In this document: positions 1-12,266 of the stretch, piece by piece
Layout of the letters: every line of letters starts with the position of its first letter
How positions within the stretch are numbered: position 1 is the stretch's first letter
NCBI GenBank assembly: GCA_963783385.1
Contig: CAWANJ010000001.1
Coordinates: 448,001-512,000, forward strand
Direction of reading: 5' to 3'
DNA length: 64,000 nt
Origin: an uncultured Gemmatimonadales bacterium
GTDB taxonomy: Bacteria; Gemmatimonadota; Gemmatimonadetes; Palauibacterales; Palauibacteraceae
Made by a program: the position numbers and the translations under genes
Notes under the pieces: generated by a model
The model's input: the letters and a program-made list of their open reading frames with translations, nothing else
What the model was told of the DNA's origin: nothing
Databases searched by the model: none

Positions 1-188
1 ACCAGGCCGCCGATGAGGGCGGCGACCATGATGTCCCCGGCCAGGTCCTTGTCGTCGTTCAGCTCGCCGAGCCGGACGCGCATGACCCGATGCGCCGACA
101 GGAACGCGATGACCATCATCGCGCCGAACGTGGTGATCGTCACCTCGCCGAACACCGGCAGGTGAAGGTGGACGAGCGTCGGGTGCAT
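1..188 (-). CDS. lgt: Prolipoprotein diacylglyceryl transferase (5' part, runs off window)
   Basis: Manual translation MHPTLVHLHLPVFGEVTITTFGAMMVIAFLSAHRVM...DIMVAALIGGL resembles the Lgt N-terminus; GGAGG RBS upstream; follows tsaD. Confidence 0.75.
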   Translation of the reverse strand, partial: MHPTLVHLHLPVFGEVTITTFGAMMVIAFLSAHRVMRVRLGELNDDKDLAGDIMVAALIGGL

Positions 189-197
189 GGAGCCTCC

Positions 198-1340
198 TCA
201 GATGGTCGCTGCGGTCCGGGCCTCCGACCCGCTGCCGGACCCCGTGGAGTCTACGCTCCACGCCTCCCGGACGGGCTCCAGGCCCGGGAAGGGCAGGGAC
301 GGATCGGCGTTGAGATCGAGTCCGCTGCGGTCGCCGCGCTCCAGCCGCCACGCCGCCACGCGGGCCACCATGGCACCGTTGTCGGTGGCGAGCCGCGGGG
401 AAGGCACGAACAGCTCCCCCTCCCGCCCCAGCGCGCCTCGAAGCCGCTCGGCCAGCGCCCCGTTGCGGGCCACGCCACCGCCCAGCAGCACGCGCTGACA
501 GCCCGTGGCCCGCACCGCCCGCAGCGTCTTGTGGACGAGCACGTCGAGCACGGCCGCCTGGAACTCGGCGGCCAGGTCGGGCACGGCCGATTCCAGGCCC
601 TCGGCGCCCCCCGAGGACTCGATCTCCTCCACCACGAGAGCCACGGCCGTCTTGAGGCCGCTGAAGGAGAAGTCGAAGGCGGCCGGATCGTCGTCGGGCG
701 CCGACGGGTCCAGCATGGGTCGTGGAAGCTCGAAGCGGCCGGGCGACCCGCGCGCCGCCGCACGCTCGATGGCCGGTCCGCCCGGCCAGCCGAGGCCCAG
801 GCGCCGCGCCACCTTGTCGAACGCCTCGCCGGCGGCGTCGTCGCGCGTCTGGCCCAGGAGCTGGTACCGGCCCCACGCCCGGGCCAGGAGCAGCATCGTG
901 TGGCCTCCCGATACGAGGAGCGCCACGAAGGGCGGCTCCGCGTCGGGATTTTCGACCGAGTTGGCGAACAGGTGGGCCTCCATGTGGTGCACACCCACCA
1001 GGGGGAGGCCGAGGCCGAACGCGAACGCCTTGGCCCAGTTCACGCCCACCAGGAGGGACCCCACGAGGCCCGGTCCCGCCGTCACGCCCACGCCGGCGAG
1101 GTCGTCGGCCGTGCGCCCCGATCGTTCCAGCGCCGCCGCCACCACGCGGTCGAGCTGCCGCAGGTGGGCGCGGGCCGCGATCTCGGGCACCACGCCGCCG
1201 AAAGCGGCGTGGGCGTCCTGCGTGGCGATGACGTGGCCGAGGAGCCGACGCTCCTCCATGACGGCCGCCGAGCATTCGTCGCAGGAGGACTCGATGCCGA
1301 GCACCGGGCCCCGGGGAAGGTCCCGCTCCCCCACGCTCAT
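198..1340 (-). CDS. tsaD: tRNA N6-adenosine threonylcarbamoyltransferase TsaD
   Basis: VLGIESSCDE, GGVVPEIAARAH, HHMEAH, LLVSGGHT, TRDDAAGEAFDK, DFSFSGLKT, TDNGAM motifs; start trimmed to ATG 1340. Confidence 0.96.
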   Translation of the reverse strand: MSVGERDLPRGPVLGIESSCDECSAAVMEERRLLGHVIATQDAHAAFGGVVPEIAARAHLRQLDRVVAAALERSGRTADDLAGVGVTAGPGLVGSLLVGVNWAKAFAFGLGLPLVGVHHMEAHLFANSVENPDAEPPFVALLVSGGHTMLLLARAWGRYQLLGQTRDDAAGEAFDKVARRLGLGWPGGPAIERAAARGSPGRFELPRPMLDPSAPDDDPAAFDFSFSGLKTAVALVVEEIESSGGAEGLESAVPDLAAEFQAAVLDVLVHKTLRAVRATGCQRVLLGGGVARNGALAERLRGALGREGELFVPSPRLATDNGAMVARVAAWRLERGDRSGLDLNADPSLPFPGLEPVREAWSVDSTGSGSGSEARTAATI

Positions 1341-2269
1341 CCTCCGGCCTTGCGGGGCGTGACCGTGACGGCGGCAGGTGACGGGGTCCCCGTCGCCTGC
1401 ACCCCCTTCGGGAGCGTCACCTGCACCGGGACGCTCACCGCCCCGGCGGCCACCGAGTCGACGACCACGAAGGCCTGGACCTGCGAGCGGTCCAGGCCCC
1501 GCACCACCTCCTTGGGACCCCGGACCACCACGGCCACGGAGTCGCGGGCCAGGCTGCTGCCGCTCGCACCGGGCCCGGTCGCGCGCAGGGGCACGGTGAG
1601 GCTGGCCTCGACCAGGCTGTCGACCTCGACCGTCGCCAGGACCGTGGCGGGCTCGACCCTGAGGCCGGGGATCCCGCCCGGGGGCTCCAGCCGCAGCTCC
1701 TCGGTGACCGACTGCCCCAGGTCCTCCATCACGACCTTCTCGGTGAGCAGCGAGTCGATCGAGGCGAGGGCCGATCGCGGCCCGTGCACGGTGACGCTGT
1801 CGGGCTGCAGCCTGATGGGACGCACCACGGCGAAGCCCGAGGCGGCGGACAGGACGAGCCGTGGAGCCACGGCGACCTTCCGGGAGGTCCTGCGTTCCAG
1901 GTGGACGTCCACCTGGGATGGATGCACGGCTACCGGATCGATCTTGAGATCCCGGTCGTAGCTCACCATCGCCGGCGACAGATCCAGGGTCATGATGGGG
2001 CCGGTCACCGAATCGATCACACGGCGGATGACCGGCGGGTTCATGGGCAGGGAGAAGATGTCTCCGCCGCGACCCTGGAAGGTCGTGCGCACCCGGTCCG
2101 GCGCCTCGGTGATCACCCAGTTCGGATCCCGGACCTGGACCTCGAGGCGAGTCGGCACCGGGTGCTCCTGGCGCCGCTCGGCCGCCACGTTGAACCACAA
2201 CAGGATGGCCAGGACGAGCGCGGCCAGCTTGTACGGCCAGTTCTCGATCAGCATGCCGCGCCAGTCCAT
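1337..2269 (-). CDS. YbbR/CdaR-like domain protein
   Basis: N-terminal NWPYKLAALVLAILLWF TM helix and repeated P..V.V.GP YbbR-type beta domains. Confidence 0.85.
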   Translation of the reverse strand: MDWRGMLIENWPYKLAALVLAILLWFNVAAERRQEHPVPTRLEVQVRDPNWVITEAPDRVRTTFQGRGGDIFSLPMNPPVIRRVIDSVTGPIMTLDLSPAMVSYDRDLKIDPVAVHPSQVDVHLERRTSRKVAVAPRLVLSAASGFAVVRPIRLQPDSVTVHGPRSALASIDSLLTEKVVMEDLGQSVTEELRLEPPGGIPGLRVEPATVLATVEVDSLVEASLTVPLRATGPGASGSSLARDSVAVVVRGPKEVVRGLDRSQVQAFVVVDSVAAGAVSVPVQVTLPKGVQATGTPSPAAVTVTPRKAGG

Positions 2270-2272
2270 GGC

Positions 2273-3226
2273 CTACCTCCCTCCGCCGGCGTCCGCGCCG
2301 GGCGCGGACACCGAGTCGGGCGGGGTCCGGGGTCCCGGTCCGGCCACGCGGATCGACACGCTGCCGCCGCGCCGGAGCGAGAATCCGGGCGGGGGATCCT
2401 GGGCGATCACCCGCCCCGCCGCGGCGAACGCGGCCGGGTCGTAGGTCACCTCGCCGAGCGAGAGGCCGGCGTCCCTCAGGGCGGCCGGGACGTCCTCGAC
2501 GTGCCGGCCCGACAGGTCCGGCACGCGGGCCACGGCGGGCCCCCGGCTCACCAGGACCGTGACCTGCGCCGGAAGCTGCAGGTCCTGTCCGGCGTCCGGC
2601 CGGCTTCCGACCACCTGGCCGCGCTGGATGTCCGACCGGGTGCTGTCGACCGTGGTCGTGAACCCGAGCCGCTCGAGCACGATGCGACCCTGTCGGGCGG
2701 AGAAGCCACGCAGGTCGGGCACCTTGCGGCGTTGGGGCCCGGAGCTCAGGGTCACCTGCACGGGAGCCCCCGGGCGCGCGTACTGTCCCGGCAGGGGCGT
2801 CTGCGCGATGATCGCGCCCTCCGGGGCCTTCGGGTGGGGCACCCGCGCACCCACCTCGAGCGTGAGGCCGACCTCGCCCAGGGAGCGGGTCGCCCCGTCG
2901 GTGGCCAGGCCGACCAGGTCGGGGACCCTGGCCACGTCTCCGGTCGGCCCGGTGGACCCTCCCGGGAAGATCCAGCGGGTCGCGACCAGGTAGCCGAGGG
3001 CGAACAGCCCCACGAGGAGGAGAGCGGGGAGCAGCCGACGGCGCTGCCGCGGCCCGAACCATCCGCGTCCCCCACCCCCCTGCCGCCGTCGGCCCGGGCT
3101 GGCCGGGGGCTCCGGCGGAGCGCCGGCGTCCTCCGCGCCCGCGTCCCCCTCGAGGGCCGGCTCCTCCTCCGGGGACGGCCGTCCCCGGAGGGTGCCGCCC
3201 AGACCCCTGCGCCGTCGGAACTTCAC
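2273..3226 (-). CDS. Membrane-anchored PASTA-domain protein (3 PASTA repeats, no kinase)
   Basis: TM helix then VPDLVG/VPDLRG/VPDLSG repeats with IIAQTP/VIAQDP; GTG start overlaps the rsmB stop. Confidence 0.85.
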   Translation of the reverse strand: MKFRRRRGLGGTLRGRPSPEEEPALEGDAGAEDAGAPPEPPASPGRRRQGGGGRGWFGPRQRRRLLPALLLVGLFALGYLVATRWIFPGGSTGPTGDVARVPDLVGLATDGATRSLGEVGLTLEVGARVPHPKAPEGAIIAQTPLPGQYARPGAPVQVTLSSGPQRRKVPDLRGFSARQGRIVLERLGFTTTVDSTRSDIQRGQVVGSRPDAGQDLQLPAQVTVLVSRGPAVARVPDLSGRHVEDVPAALRDAGLSLGEVTYDPAAFAAAGRVIAQDPPPGFSLRRGGSVSIRVAGPGPRTPPDSVSAPGADAGGGR

Positions 3227-4548
3227 CCGCCCCGCCTCCGGAGACGCGCGGCGAAGGACCCGTCCGTTCCGAATCGCCACGGGAGCACCCGCAGCTGACC
3301 GTCCGCATCGACGGCATCCGCGGGCAGGCCCGCATCGGCGGGCGCCGACTCGCGGGCGAACTCTTCGTGGCGTTCCAGAAAATCGGTCACGCGTTCCTCG
3401 TTCTCCTCCGGCTCCAGCGAGCAGGTGGCGTAGACGAGCAGTCCGCCCGGGGCGACCAGGTCGGCGCACGCTTCCATCAGGGACGCCTGCACCGCCTCCA
3501 GCGCCTCGAGGCGGGCGGGACCGATCCGCCACCTGGCATCCGGCCGCCGGCGCAGGGTGCCGGTTCCCGTGCACGGGACGTCGGCCAGCACGGTGCGCGC
3601 CGAACGCACGGCCGGCCTCCTGCCGTCCATGGCGACCGCACGCAGCGGCACGCCCGTCCGCCGGGCGGCACGGACCACGCTCCCGAGGCGGACACGGTCC
3701 ACGTCGGCCGCCACCGAGGGGCCGTCGCCGCGCGGCCGGGCCGCGGCGATCGCGACGGCCTTGCCCCCGGGAGCCGAGCACAGGTCCAGGAACACCCCTT
3801 CGCCGGGGATTCCCAGGTAGTCTACCACGGCGGACGCCGCAGGATCCTGTATCACGGCCGGCACTTTCGCCAGGATCGACGCCGGCTCCCCGCGGACCAG
3901 CCGCACGACGTGCGGCCACGGCTCCAGCGGCTCGATCTCGAGACCCTCCTCGCGGGCCCGCCGACTCGCCACGGCCACGTCGTCGGCCAGGAGACGGGCG
4001 GTGACCGGGGGAGCGCGGTTGTCGAGCTCCACCAGGCGCGCCACGTCCGACGCCGACATCCGGCCCAGCCAGCGCCGCACGAGCCATTCCGGGTGCGAAC
4101 CCCAGGTCGTCAGATGGCCGAGCGGATCGCCGTCCGGGTCCGGGAACAGGCCGGCACGATCCTCGATCCTGGCCGCCGACCGGAGCACGCCGTTCACGAA
4201 CCCGGTCGCACGCGGCCCGAGCGTGGCTCGCACACCGCGGACCGTCTCGTCCACGGCCGCGTGCGGAGGCACTCGCATCTCGCGAAGCTGATACAGCCCG
4301 AGGCGAAGCCAATCATGCACGCCGGGCTCCACCCGGGACAGGGATCGATCCGAGACGGCGGCGAGCTCGTGGTCCAGCCGCGCCCGCAGCCGGATGCACC
4401 CGAACGCCAGCTCCATGGCCAGGCCCCGGTCGAGGCCGCGCAGCGAGGCGAAGCGCCGCGCCGCCGCGTGGTCGGCGAACGCGCCCGATCGGACGTCCTC
4501 GAGGACACGATAGGCGGCGAGGCGCGCCTCGTCCGCCGTCCGGGTCAA
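3223..4548 (-). CDS. rsmB: 16S rRNA m5C967 methyltransferase RsmB/Sun
   Basis: NusB-like N-domain; SHPEWL, QDPAS, DLCSAPGGK, DVPCTGTG, YATCSLEPEENE; TTG start overlaps the thiG stop. Confidence 0.93.
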   Translation of the reverse strand: MTRTADEARLAAYRVLEDVRSGAFADHAAARRFASLRGLDRGLAMELAFGCIRLRARLDHELAAVSDRSLSRVEPGVHDWLRLGLYQLREMRVPPHAAVDETVRGVRATLGPRATGFVNGVLRSAARIEDRAGLFPDPDGDPLGHLTTWGSHPEWLVRRWLGRMSASDVARLVELDNRAPPVTARLLADDVAVASRRAREEGLEIEPLEPWPHVVRLVRGEPASILAKVPAVIQDPAASAVVDYLGIPGEGVFLDLCSAPGGKAVAIAAARPRGDGPSVAADVDRVRLGSVVRAARRTGVPLRAVAMDGRRPAVRSARTVLADVPCTGTGTLRRRPDARWRIGPARLEALEAVQASLMEACADLVAPGGLLVYATCSLEPEENEERVTDFLERHEEFARESAPADAGLPADAVDADGQLRVLPWRFGTDGSFAARLRRRGG

Positions 4549-5366
4549 GCCAGCATGCCCCCGGTGGGACTCGATGGCACGGCCCACTCGCGGCGCGGCA
4601 TGCGGCCGGCCAGGTAGGCCATGCGGCCCGCCTCCACGGCCCGTCGCATGGCGGCCGCCATGAGGGCCGGCCGCTGCGCGGCGGCCAGCGCCGTGTTCAT
4701 GAGCACGCCGTCGACCCCCTGCTCCATGGTGACGCACGCGTCGGACGCCGTGCCCACGCCGGCGTCCACGATCACCGGCACGTCGAGGCGGCGCTTGAGG
4801 ATGCGGATCGTGACCGGGTTGAGCAGGCCGAGGCCGCTCCCGATCGGCGAGGCGAGGGGCATGACGGCCGCCACGCCCGCCTCCTGGAGCTTGAGGGCGG
4901 TGACCAGGTCGTCGTTCGTGTACGCGAGGACCGTGAAGCCCTCCTCGACGAGGGCCCGGGCGGCGACCAGGAGCTGCTCAACGTCCGGGAACAGCGTCTC
5001 CTTGTCGCCGATGACCTCGAGCTTGACCCAGTCGTGGAGCCCGGCCTCGCGGCCCAGCCTCGCATAGCGGATCGCGTCCTCGGCATCATAGCAGCCGGCC
5101 GTGTTGGGGAGCAGGAAGAACTCCTCCGGGTCCAGGTGATGGAGGAGGCTCTCTCGCTTCGAGGCGTCCAGGTCCACCCGGCGGACGGCGACCGTGACGA
5201 TCTCCGTGCCCGACGCGCGCAGCGCCTGTACCATCGTCTCGGGCGCGTCGTACTTCCCCGTTCCGACGATGAGACGCGACCGGAAGGACCTGCCCGCGAT
5301 CGTGAGCGGCTCGTCGAGCCGCGCCAGCGCCTCGGAGCCGGGATCCTGCTGCAGTACGGTGCTCAT
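4545..5366 (-). CDS. thiG: Thiazole synthase
   Basis: SRLIVGTGKY, LLPNTAGC, WVKLEVIGD, MPLASPIGSG, DAGVG. Confidence 0.97.
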   Translation of the reverse strand: MSTVLQQDPGSEALARLDEPLTIAGRSFRSRLIVGTGKYDAPETMVQALRASGTEIVTVAVRRVDLDASKRESLLHHLDPEEFFLLPNTAGCYDAEDAIRYARLGREAGLHDWVKLEVIGDKETLFPDVEQLLVAARALVEEGFTVLAYTNDDLVTALKLQEAGVAAVMPLASPIGSGLGLLNPVTIRILKRRLDVPVIVDAGVGTASDACVTMEQGVDGVLMNTALAAAQRPALMAAAMRRAVEAGRMAYLAGRMPRREWAVPSSPTGGMLA

Positions 5367-5404
5367 CTATGTCTCTCCTCGCTCGATACGGAAGTCGAAT
5401 CCGC

Positions 5405-5620
5405 TCAGCCGCCTCCGACGAAGCGGACGATCTCCACCCGGTCGCCCGCACCCACCCGGACGTCGTCCAGGTCGGCGCGCCGCACGACCCGCCGGTTGAG
5501 CTCGACGACCACCGCGCGCCGGTCCACGTCCAGCCGCTCCAGCAGTCCGGCCACGGACAGCCCATCGGGGACCCGGCGGGACTCGCCGTTGACCTCGATC
5601 TCGATGCCGGCTTCGTTCAC
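5405..5620 (-). CDS. thiS: Sulfur carrier protein ThiS
   Basis: IEVNGE...VVELNRRVV...GDRVEIVRFVGGG with C-terminal GG; adjacent to thiG. Confidence 0.95.
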   Translation of the reverse strand: MNEAGIEIEVNGESRRVPDGLSVAGLLERLDVDRRAVVVELNRRVVRRADLDDVRVGAGDRVEIVRFVGGG

Positions 5621-6243
5621 CTCGCTTCCCCCGGTTCCAGAGCGCGCGCCAGAGCGACCGCCGCCTCCACCGGCGAGGTCGCGGACCACACGGCCCGGAC
5701 CACGGCGATCCCGGAGGCGCCGGCCCTCACCACGTGGGGAACGCGCCACAGATCGATCCCGCCGATGGCCACGATGGGGAGGTCGACCGCGCGGCAGGCG
5801 GCGATGCGATCGCCGCCTCCGGGCTCCACGTCGCGGTGGGAGGGCGTCGCGAAGATCGTACCCAGGACGAGGTAGTTCGCTCCGTCCCGGGCCGCCGCCC
5901 GCGCCTCCTCCGGTCCGTGCACCGAGGCGCCGATCGCCAGGCGGCCGGCCGCCACGGTCACGGCTTCCCGCACCGGGAGGGCTCGCGACCCGAGCTGCGC
6001 GGCGTGCGCCCCCGCCGCCAGCGCCACATCGAGCCGCTCGTTGACCACCACCCAGCCGCCGTGGCGGCGCGCCGCCTGCGCCAGCCGTTCGGTGAGCCCG
6101 TACACATCCCGTCCCGTCGCGCCCGGTAGCCTCAGGTGGAGGGCCAGCGCCGGTCCGCAGCGCTCGCGCATCCGGGCCGCGGTCCGGGCGAAGTCGGCGC
6201 GTGCGGCGACCGCGGGCGTGATGAGCACGTGCAGGGGAGGCAT
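5617..6243 (-). CDS. thiE: Thiamine phosphate synthase / TenI family
   Basis: VVNERLDVALAAGA, IGASVH, GTIFATPSH, PIVAIGGI; alternative GTG start at 6267. Confidence 0.85.
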   Translation of the reverse strand: MPPLHVLITPAVAARADFARTAARMRERCGPALALHLRLPGATGRDVYGLTERLAQAARRHGGWVVVNERLDVALAAGAHAAQLGSRALPVREAVTVAAGRLAIGASVHGPEEARAAARDGANYLVLGTIFATPSHRDVEPGGGDRIAACRAVDLPIVAIGGIDLWRVPHVVRAGASGIAVVRAVWSATSPVEAAVALARALEPGEAR

Positions 6244-6263
6244 CCGGCGCCCCTCCCGGGCGC

Positions 6264-7268
6264 TCACACGAAGCGCTGGCCCGGCCGGGCCCCGCGCCCG
6301 CGCACCCATGCCCCGGCGCCCATCCGCCGGCCGCCGGCGGGCTTGACCTCGCCGATCTCGACCGCGCCGGACCCGGCGGCCACGAGCAGCACGCCTCGCG
6401 GGTCCGCCACCAGGACCGTGCCCGGGCCGGGCGCGGGCCCCGCGCCGGACGTCCCGGCCGGCCCGCCCTCCACGAACGCATCCGTCCTCGGCCGCGGCCG
6501 GAACAGCTGCACGGCCAGCGGCCCGGCATCGGATCCCGCCCCGGCCTCGAGCAGGCTCCAGGCCGCCGGCCACGGGTCGCAGCCCCGGATCCAGCGCCCG
6601 ACGTCTTCGGCGGACAGGGACCAGTCGATCCGGACCGTCTCCCGGTCCAGCTTGGGCGCGTACGTGGCGTGCCCGTGATCCTGCTCGCGGGCCTCCACCG
6701 TTCCCTCCTCCAGTCCGTCGAGCACGTCGATCAGCAGCGCCGCCCCCAGCTCCGAGAGGGTCCCGAACAGCTTGCCGGCCGTGGTCTCGGGTTCCAGCGG
6801 AACGGCCTCCTGGGCCAGGATCGGACCCGCGTCCAGCTCGCGGACCAGGCGGATGATCGTCACGCCACTCTCCCGGTGTCCGCGGATGACGGCCCAGTTG
6901 ATCGGGGCGGCGCCCCGGAGCTCGGGGAGCAGGGAGGCGTGTACGTTGATGGTGCCACGCGGCGGCGCCTCGAGCACCGGCTCGGTGAGGATCTCCCCGT
7001 AGGCCGCCACGACCGAGATGTCGGCCTCCAGCGCCGCCATCAGGTCCATGAACTCGTCGCCGCGGGGCTTCTCGGGCTGGAGGAGGGGGAGGTCCGCGGA
7101 CACGGCAGCCTCCTTGACGGGAGTGGCGCGGAGGGATCGACCGCGGCCGGCCGGGCGGTCCGGCCGGGTGACCACGCCGGCGACCGTGTGCCCGGAGCCG
7201 AGAAGGGCCCGGAGGGACGGCAGCGCATAATCCGAGGTGCCCCAGAACAGGACGCGCATGCCCGTCAC
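6264..7268 (-). CDS. fmt: Methionyl-tRNA formyltransferase
   Basis: RVLFWGT, PDRPAGRG, INVHASLLPELRGAAPI, LDAGPI, TYAPKL. Confidence 0.97.
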   Translation of the reverse strand: MTGMRVLFWGTSDYALPSLRALLGSGHTVAGVVTRPDRPAGRGRSLRATPVKEAAVSADLPLLQPEKPRGDEFMDLMAALEADISVVAAYGEILTEPVLEAPPRGTINVHASLLPELRGAAPINWAVIRGHRESGVTIIRLVRELDAGPILAQEAVPLEPETTAGKLFGTLSELGAALLIDVLDGLEEGTVEAREQDHGHATYAPKLDRETVRIDWSLSAEDVGRWIRGCDPWPAAWSLLEAGAGSDAGPLAVQLFRPRPRTDAFVEGGPAGTSGAGPAPGPGTVLVADPRGVLLVAAGSGAVEIGEVKPAGGRRMGAGAWVRGRGARPGQRFV

Positions 7269-7290
7269 GCCCTGGCGCCGCCCGGGACCG

Positions 7291-7812
7291 TCAGGACCGG
7301 CCCGCGCCGACCTCGCCGCTCTCCTCCCGCTTGGCCCACTTGTCCAGGAGAAGCTTGCGCTTGAGGGGGCTCAGGTGATCCAGGAAGAGCACGCCGTTCA
7401 GGTGGTCGAGCTCGTGCTGCAGGCAGCGGCTCAGCATGCCCCCGGCCTCGATCCGGACCGGCTCGCCATCCGGGTCCAGGCCCGTGATCACGATGCTCTC
7501 GGCCCGCTCGACGATGTCGGCCAGGCCGGGGATGCTCAGGCAGCCCTCCTCGCCCTTGGAGGAGCCGCTCCGCGACTCGATGCGGGGGTTCACGAGGGCG
7601 CCGGACGATTGCTCCTCGTCGCGGACGTCGTACACGAACACGCGCAGAGGGATGCCCACCTGGGGCGCCGCCAATCCCACGCCGTCGGCGGCGTACATCG
7701 TGTCCCGCATGTCGCGGATGAGGGCGCGGAGCTCCCGGTCCACCGCCTCGACGGGATCGCACTCCCGCCGGAGGATCGGATCGCCGAGGGTCCGAATGTC
7801 CAGCACGCTCAT
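7291..7812 (-). CDS. def: Peptide deformylase
   Basis: GVGLAAPQVG, EGCLS, QHELDHLNG. Confidence 0.97.
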   Translation of the reverse strand: MSVLDIRTLGDPILRRECDPVEAVDRELRALIRDMRDTMYAADGVGLAAPQVGIPLRVFVYDVRDEEQSSGALVNPRIESRSGSSKGEEGCLSIPGLADIVERAESIVITGLDPDGEPVRIEAGGMLSRCLQHELDHLNGVLFLDHLSPLKRKLLLDKWAKREESGEVGAGRS

Positions 7813-7837
7813 CGCTCTCCCGTGGTGCGACTGCCGC

Positions 7838-8149
7838 TCACTCGCCGAGCTTGCGGCCCACCTTGCCGCGCTCGACCTCGAGCCGCGTGTCGTCCCCTGT
7901 CTTGATCGTCACCCGATCGTCCTCGACGTGGATGATACGGCCGATGATGCCGCCCAGGGTGACCACTTCGTCCCCCTTCTCGAGCCCGGCGACCATCTCC
8001 TCGTGCTCCTTCTGCTGCTTACGCTGCGGCCGGATCAGGAGGAAGTAGAAGATCGCGAAGATCGCGGCGAACATGATCAGCGTTCCCCACGGGCTCGCGC
8101 CGCCTCCCTGGGGGCTGGCCATCAGTGCGGGCAGGATGTGGGGCGTCAC
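7838..8149 (-). CDS. yajC: Preprotein translocase subunit YajC
   Basis: IFYFLLIRPQRKQQK, GDEVVTLGGIIG; follows tgt. Confidence 0.95.
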   Translation of the reverse strand: MTPHILPALMASPQGGGASPWGTLIMFAAIFAIFYFLLIRPQRKQQKEHEEMVAGLEKGDEVVTLGGIIGRIIHVEDDRVTIKTGDDTRLEVERGKVGRKLGE

Positions 8150-8185
8150 GCTGTCCTTCCTTGGCTCGTGTGGGACCGGATTCGG

Positions 8186-8211
8186 ATACCGGGGCTCTTC
8201 AGCGATGTTCC
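8186..8211 (-). promoter_or_regulatory. Putative ECF-sigma promoter upstream of yajC (GGAAC-N17-GTAT)
   Basis: Minus strand GGAAC ATCGCTGAAGAGCCCCG GTAT; same architecture as the site at 25072-25097. Confidence 0.45.
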
Positions 8212-8267
8212 CGATCGACGGGGCCTTCGGGACGATCCACCGACGCGACCGGGGTGGGCGGCCAGCC

Positions 8268-10617
<2,350 letters not shown>

Positions 10618-10621
<4 letters not shown>

Positions 10622-11667
10622 GCTTCCGGGTCGAACAGGGAGGACTGCCCGCCCCCCTGGCCGCCCTCGGGGAGCCGGTAACCGAAGCGGCGGTAGGCCT
10701 TGGCGGTCGCCACCCGGCCCCGGCTGGTCCGCTGCACGTAGCCGTTCTGGATGAGGTAGGGCTCGTAGACCTCCTCCAGCGTTCCCGCGTCCTCTCCCAC
10801 GGCCACCGCCAGGGATTCGACCCCCACCGGACCGCCCTCGAAGCTCTCGATGATGGCCCGAACCACGCGCGTGTCCATCTCGTCCAGTCCATACTCGTCC
10901 ACGTTGAGCATGTCGAGGCCGCGGCGTGCCGTGTCGACGTCGACCGTGCCGTCCGCCTCGACCTCGGCGTAGTCGCGCACGCGGCGCAGGATGCGGTTGG
11001 CGATCCGCGGGGTCCCGCGCGAGCGCCGCGCGATCTCGGCCGCTCCCTCGGCCGAGGCCGGCACCCCCAGGATGCGGGCCGAGCGCTCGACGATGGAGCG
11101 CAGGTCCTCCTCCGGGTAGAAGCCGAGACGCTCGATGATCCCGAACCGGGCACGCATGGGGGCCGTGAGCAGTCCGAACCGGGTCGTCGCCCCGACGAGC
11201 GTGAAGCGCTCGATCTGCATGGAGACGGTCCTGGCGCGCGGTCCCTCTCCCAGCCGGACCTCGATGCGGAAGTCCTCCATGGCCGGGTACAGGAACTCCT
11301 CGATCACGGGCCTGAGCCGGTGAATCTCGTCGATGAAGAGGATGTCGCGCGGCTCCAGGTTGGTGAGGAGTGCGGCCAGGTCTCCCGGCTTCTCGAGCAC
11401 CGGCCCGGAGGTGAGCTTGATGTTGACGCCGAGCTCCCTCGCCAGCAGCCGCGCGAGCGTGGTCTTCCCGAGGCCCGGCGGGCCGAAGAACAGGGTGTGG
11501 TCCAGCGCCTCTCCGCGTCCGAGGGCGGCCTCCAGGTAGACCCGGAGGCTCTGCTTGACGCCCTCCTGGCCCACGAAGTCGGCCAGCCGGTCGGGACGGA
11601 GCGAGGACTCGACCCGCGCCTCGGCCCCGAGCACGTCGGGTGTGGTGATCTCGGACCGTTCGCTCAT
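10618..11667 (-). CDS. ruvB: Holliday junction branch migration helicase RuvB
   Basis: [37 protein letters not shown]. Confidence 0.98.
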
Positions 11668-11674
11668 CCCACCC

Positions 11675-12262
11675 TCACACGTGCTGCAGCGCGAGGCGCA
11701 CCAGCTCCTCCACTCCCACCTCGCGCCCATCCAGGGACCGCCGGGCGCGGTGCACGGCGTCCTCGCTGTCCCGAGCTCCGTAGCCGAGGCTGCGCAGGGC
11801 CTGCACGGCCTCCAGCGCCGCGCCCGTTCCGACCTCGGGCTCCTCCTCGGAGACCAGGTCGTCCAGCTTGTCGGCCAGCTCCACGGCGATGCGCTCGGCC
11901 GTCTTCTTGCCGACGCCGCTCACCGTGCGCAGCACGTCGTGGTCCTTGGCCCGTATGGCCCGCACGATCCGCCCCCCCGGCAGCGAGCCGAGCAGGGCCA
12001 GGGCGAGCCGGGGGCCCACGCCGCTGGCCGTCTGGAGGCGAAGGAAGAGCTCCCGGTCGCGGGCGCCCGCGAAGCCATACAGCTCCAGGGCGTCGTCCCG
12101 CACGACCAGGGCCGTGTGCAGCTCGACCTCGTCGTCCATGGGGGGCAGGCGGTCCAGCACGGTGGCGGGCACCAGCACTTCGTATCCCAGGCCCGATACG
12201 GTGAGGACCTCGACGCGGTCGGTGCCCACCGCCAGGAGCCGCCCCCGGATGCGGCGGATCAT
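11675..12262 (-). CDS. ruvA: Holliday junction branch migration protein RuvA
   Basis: [43 protein letters not shown]. Confidence 0.96.
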   Translation of the reverse strand: MIRRIRGRLLAVGTDRVEVLTVSGLGYEVLVPATVLDRLPPMDDEVELHTALVVRDDALELYGFAGARDRELFLRLQTASGVGPRLALALLGSLPGGRIVRAIRAKDHDVLRTVSGVGKKTAERIAVELADKLDDLVSEEEPEVGTGAALEAVQALRSLGYGARDSEDAVHRARRSLDGREVGVEELVRLALQHV

Positions 12263-12266
12263 CGGC

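Noticed and set aside
90-1961. Long + strand ORFs antisense to tsaD/cdaR, and similar ones elsewhere (13512-15773, 29921-32899, 51183-53666)
   Set aside because: Shadow ORFs expected in high-GC DNA; Arg/Pro/Gly-rich, no motifs, and opposite well-supported genes
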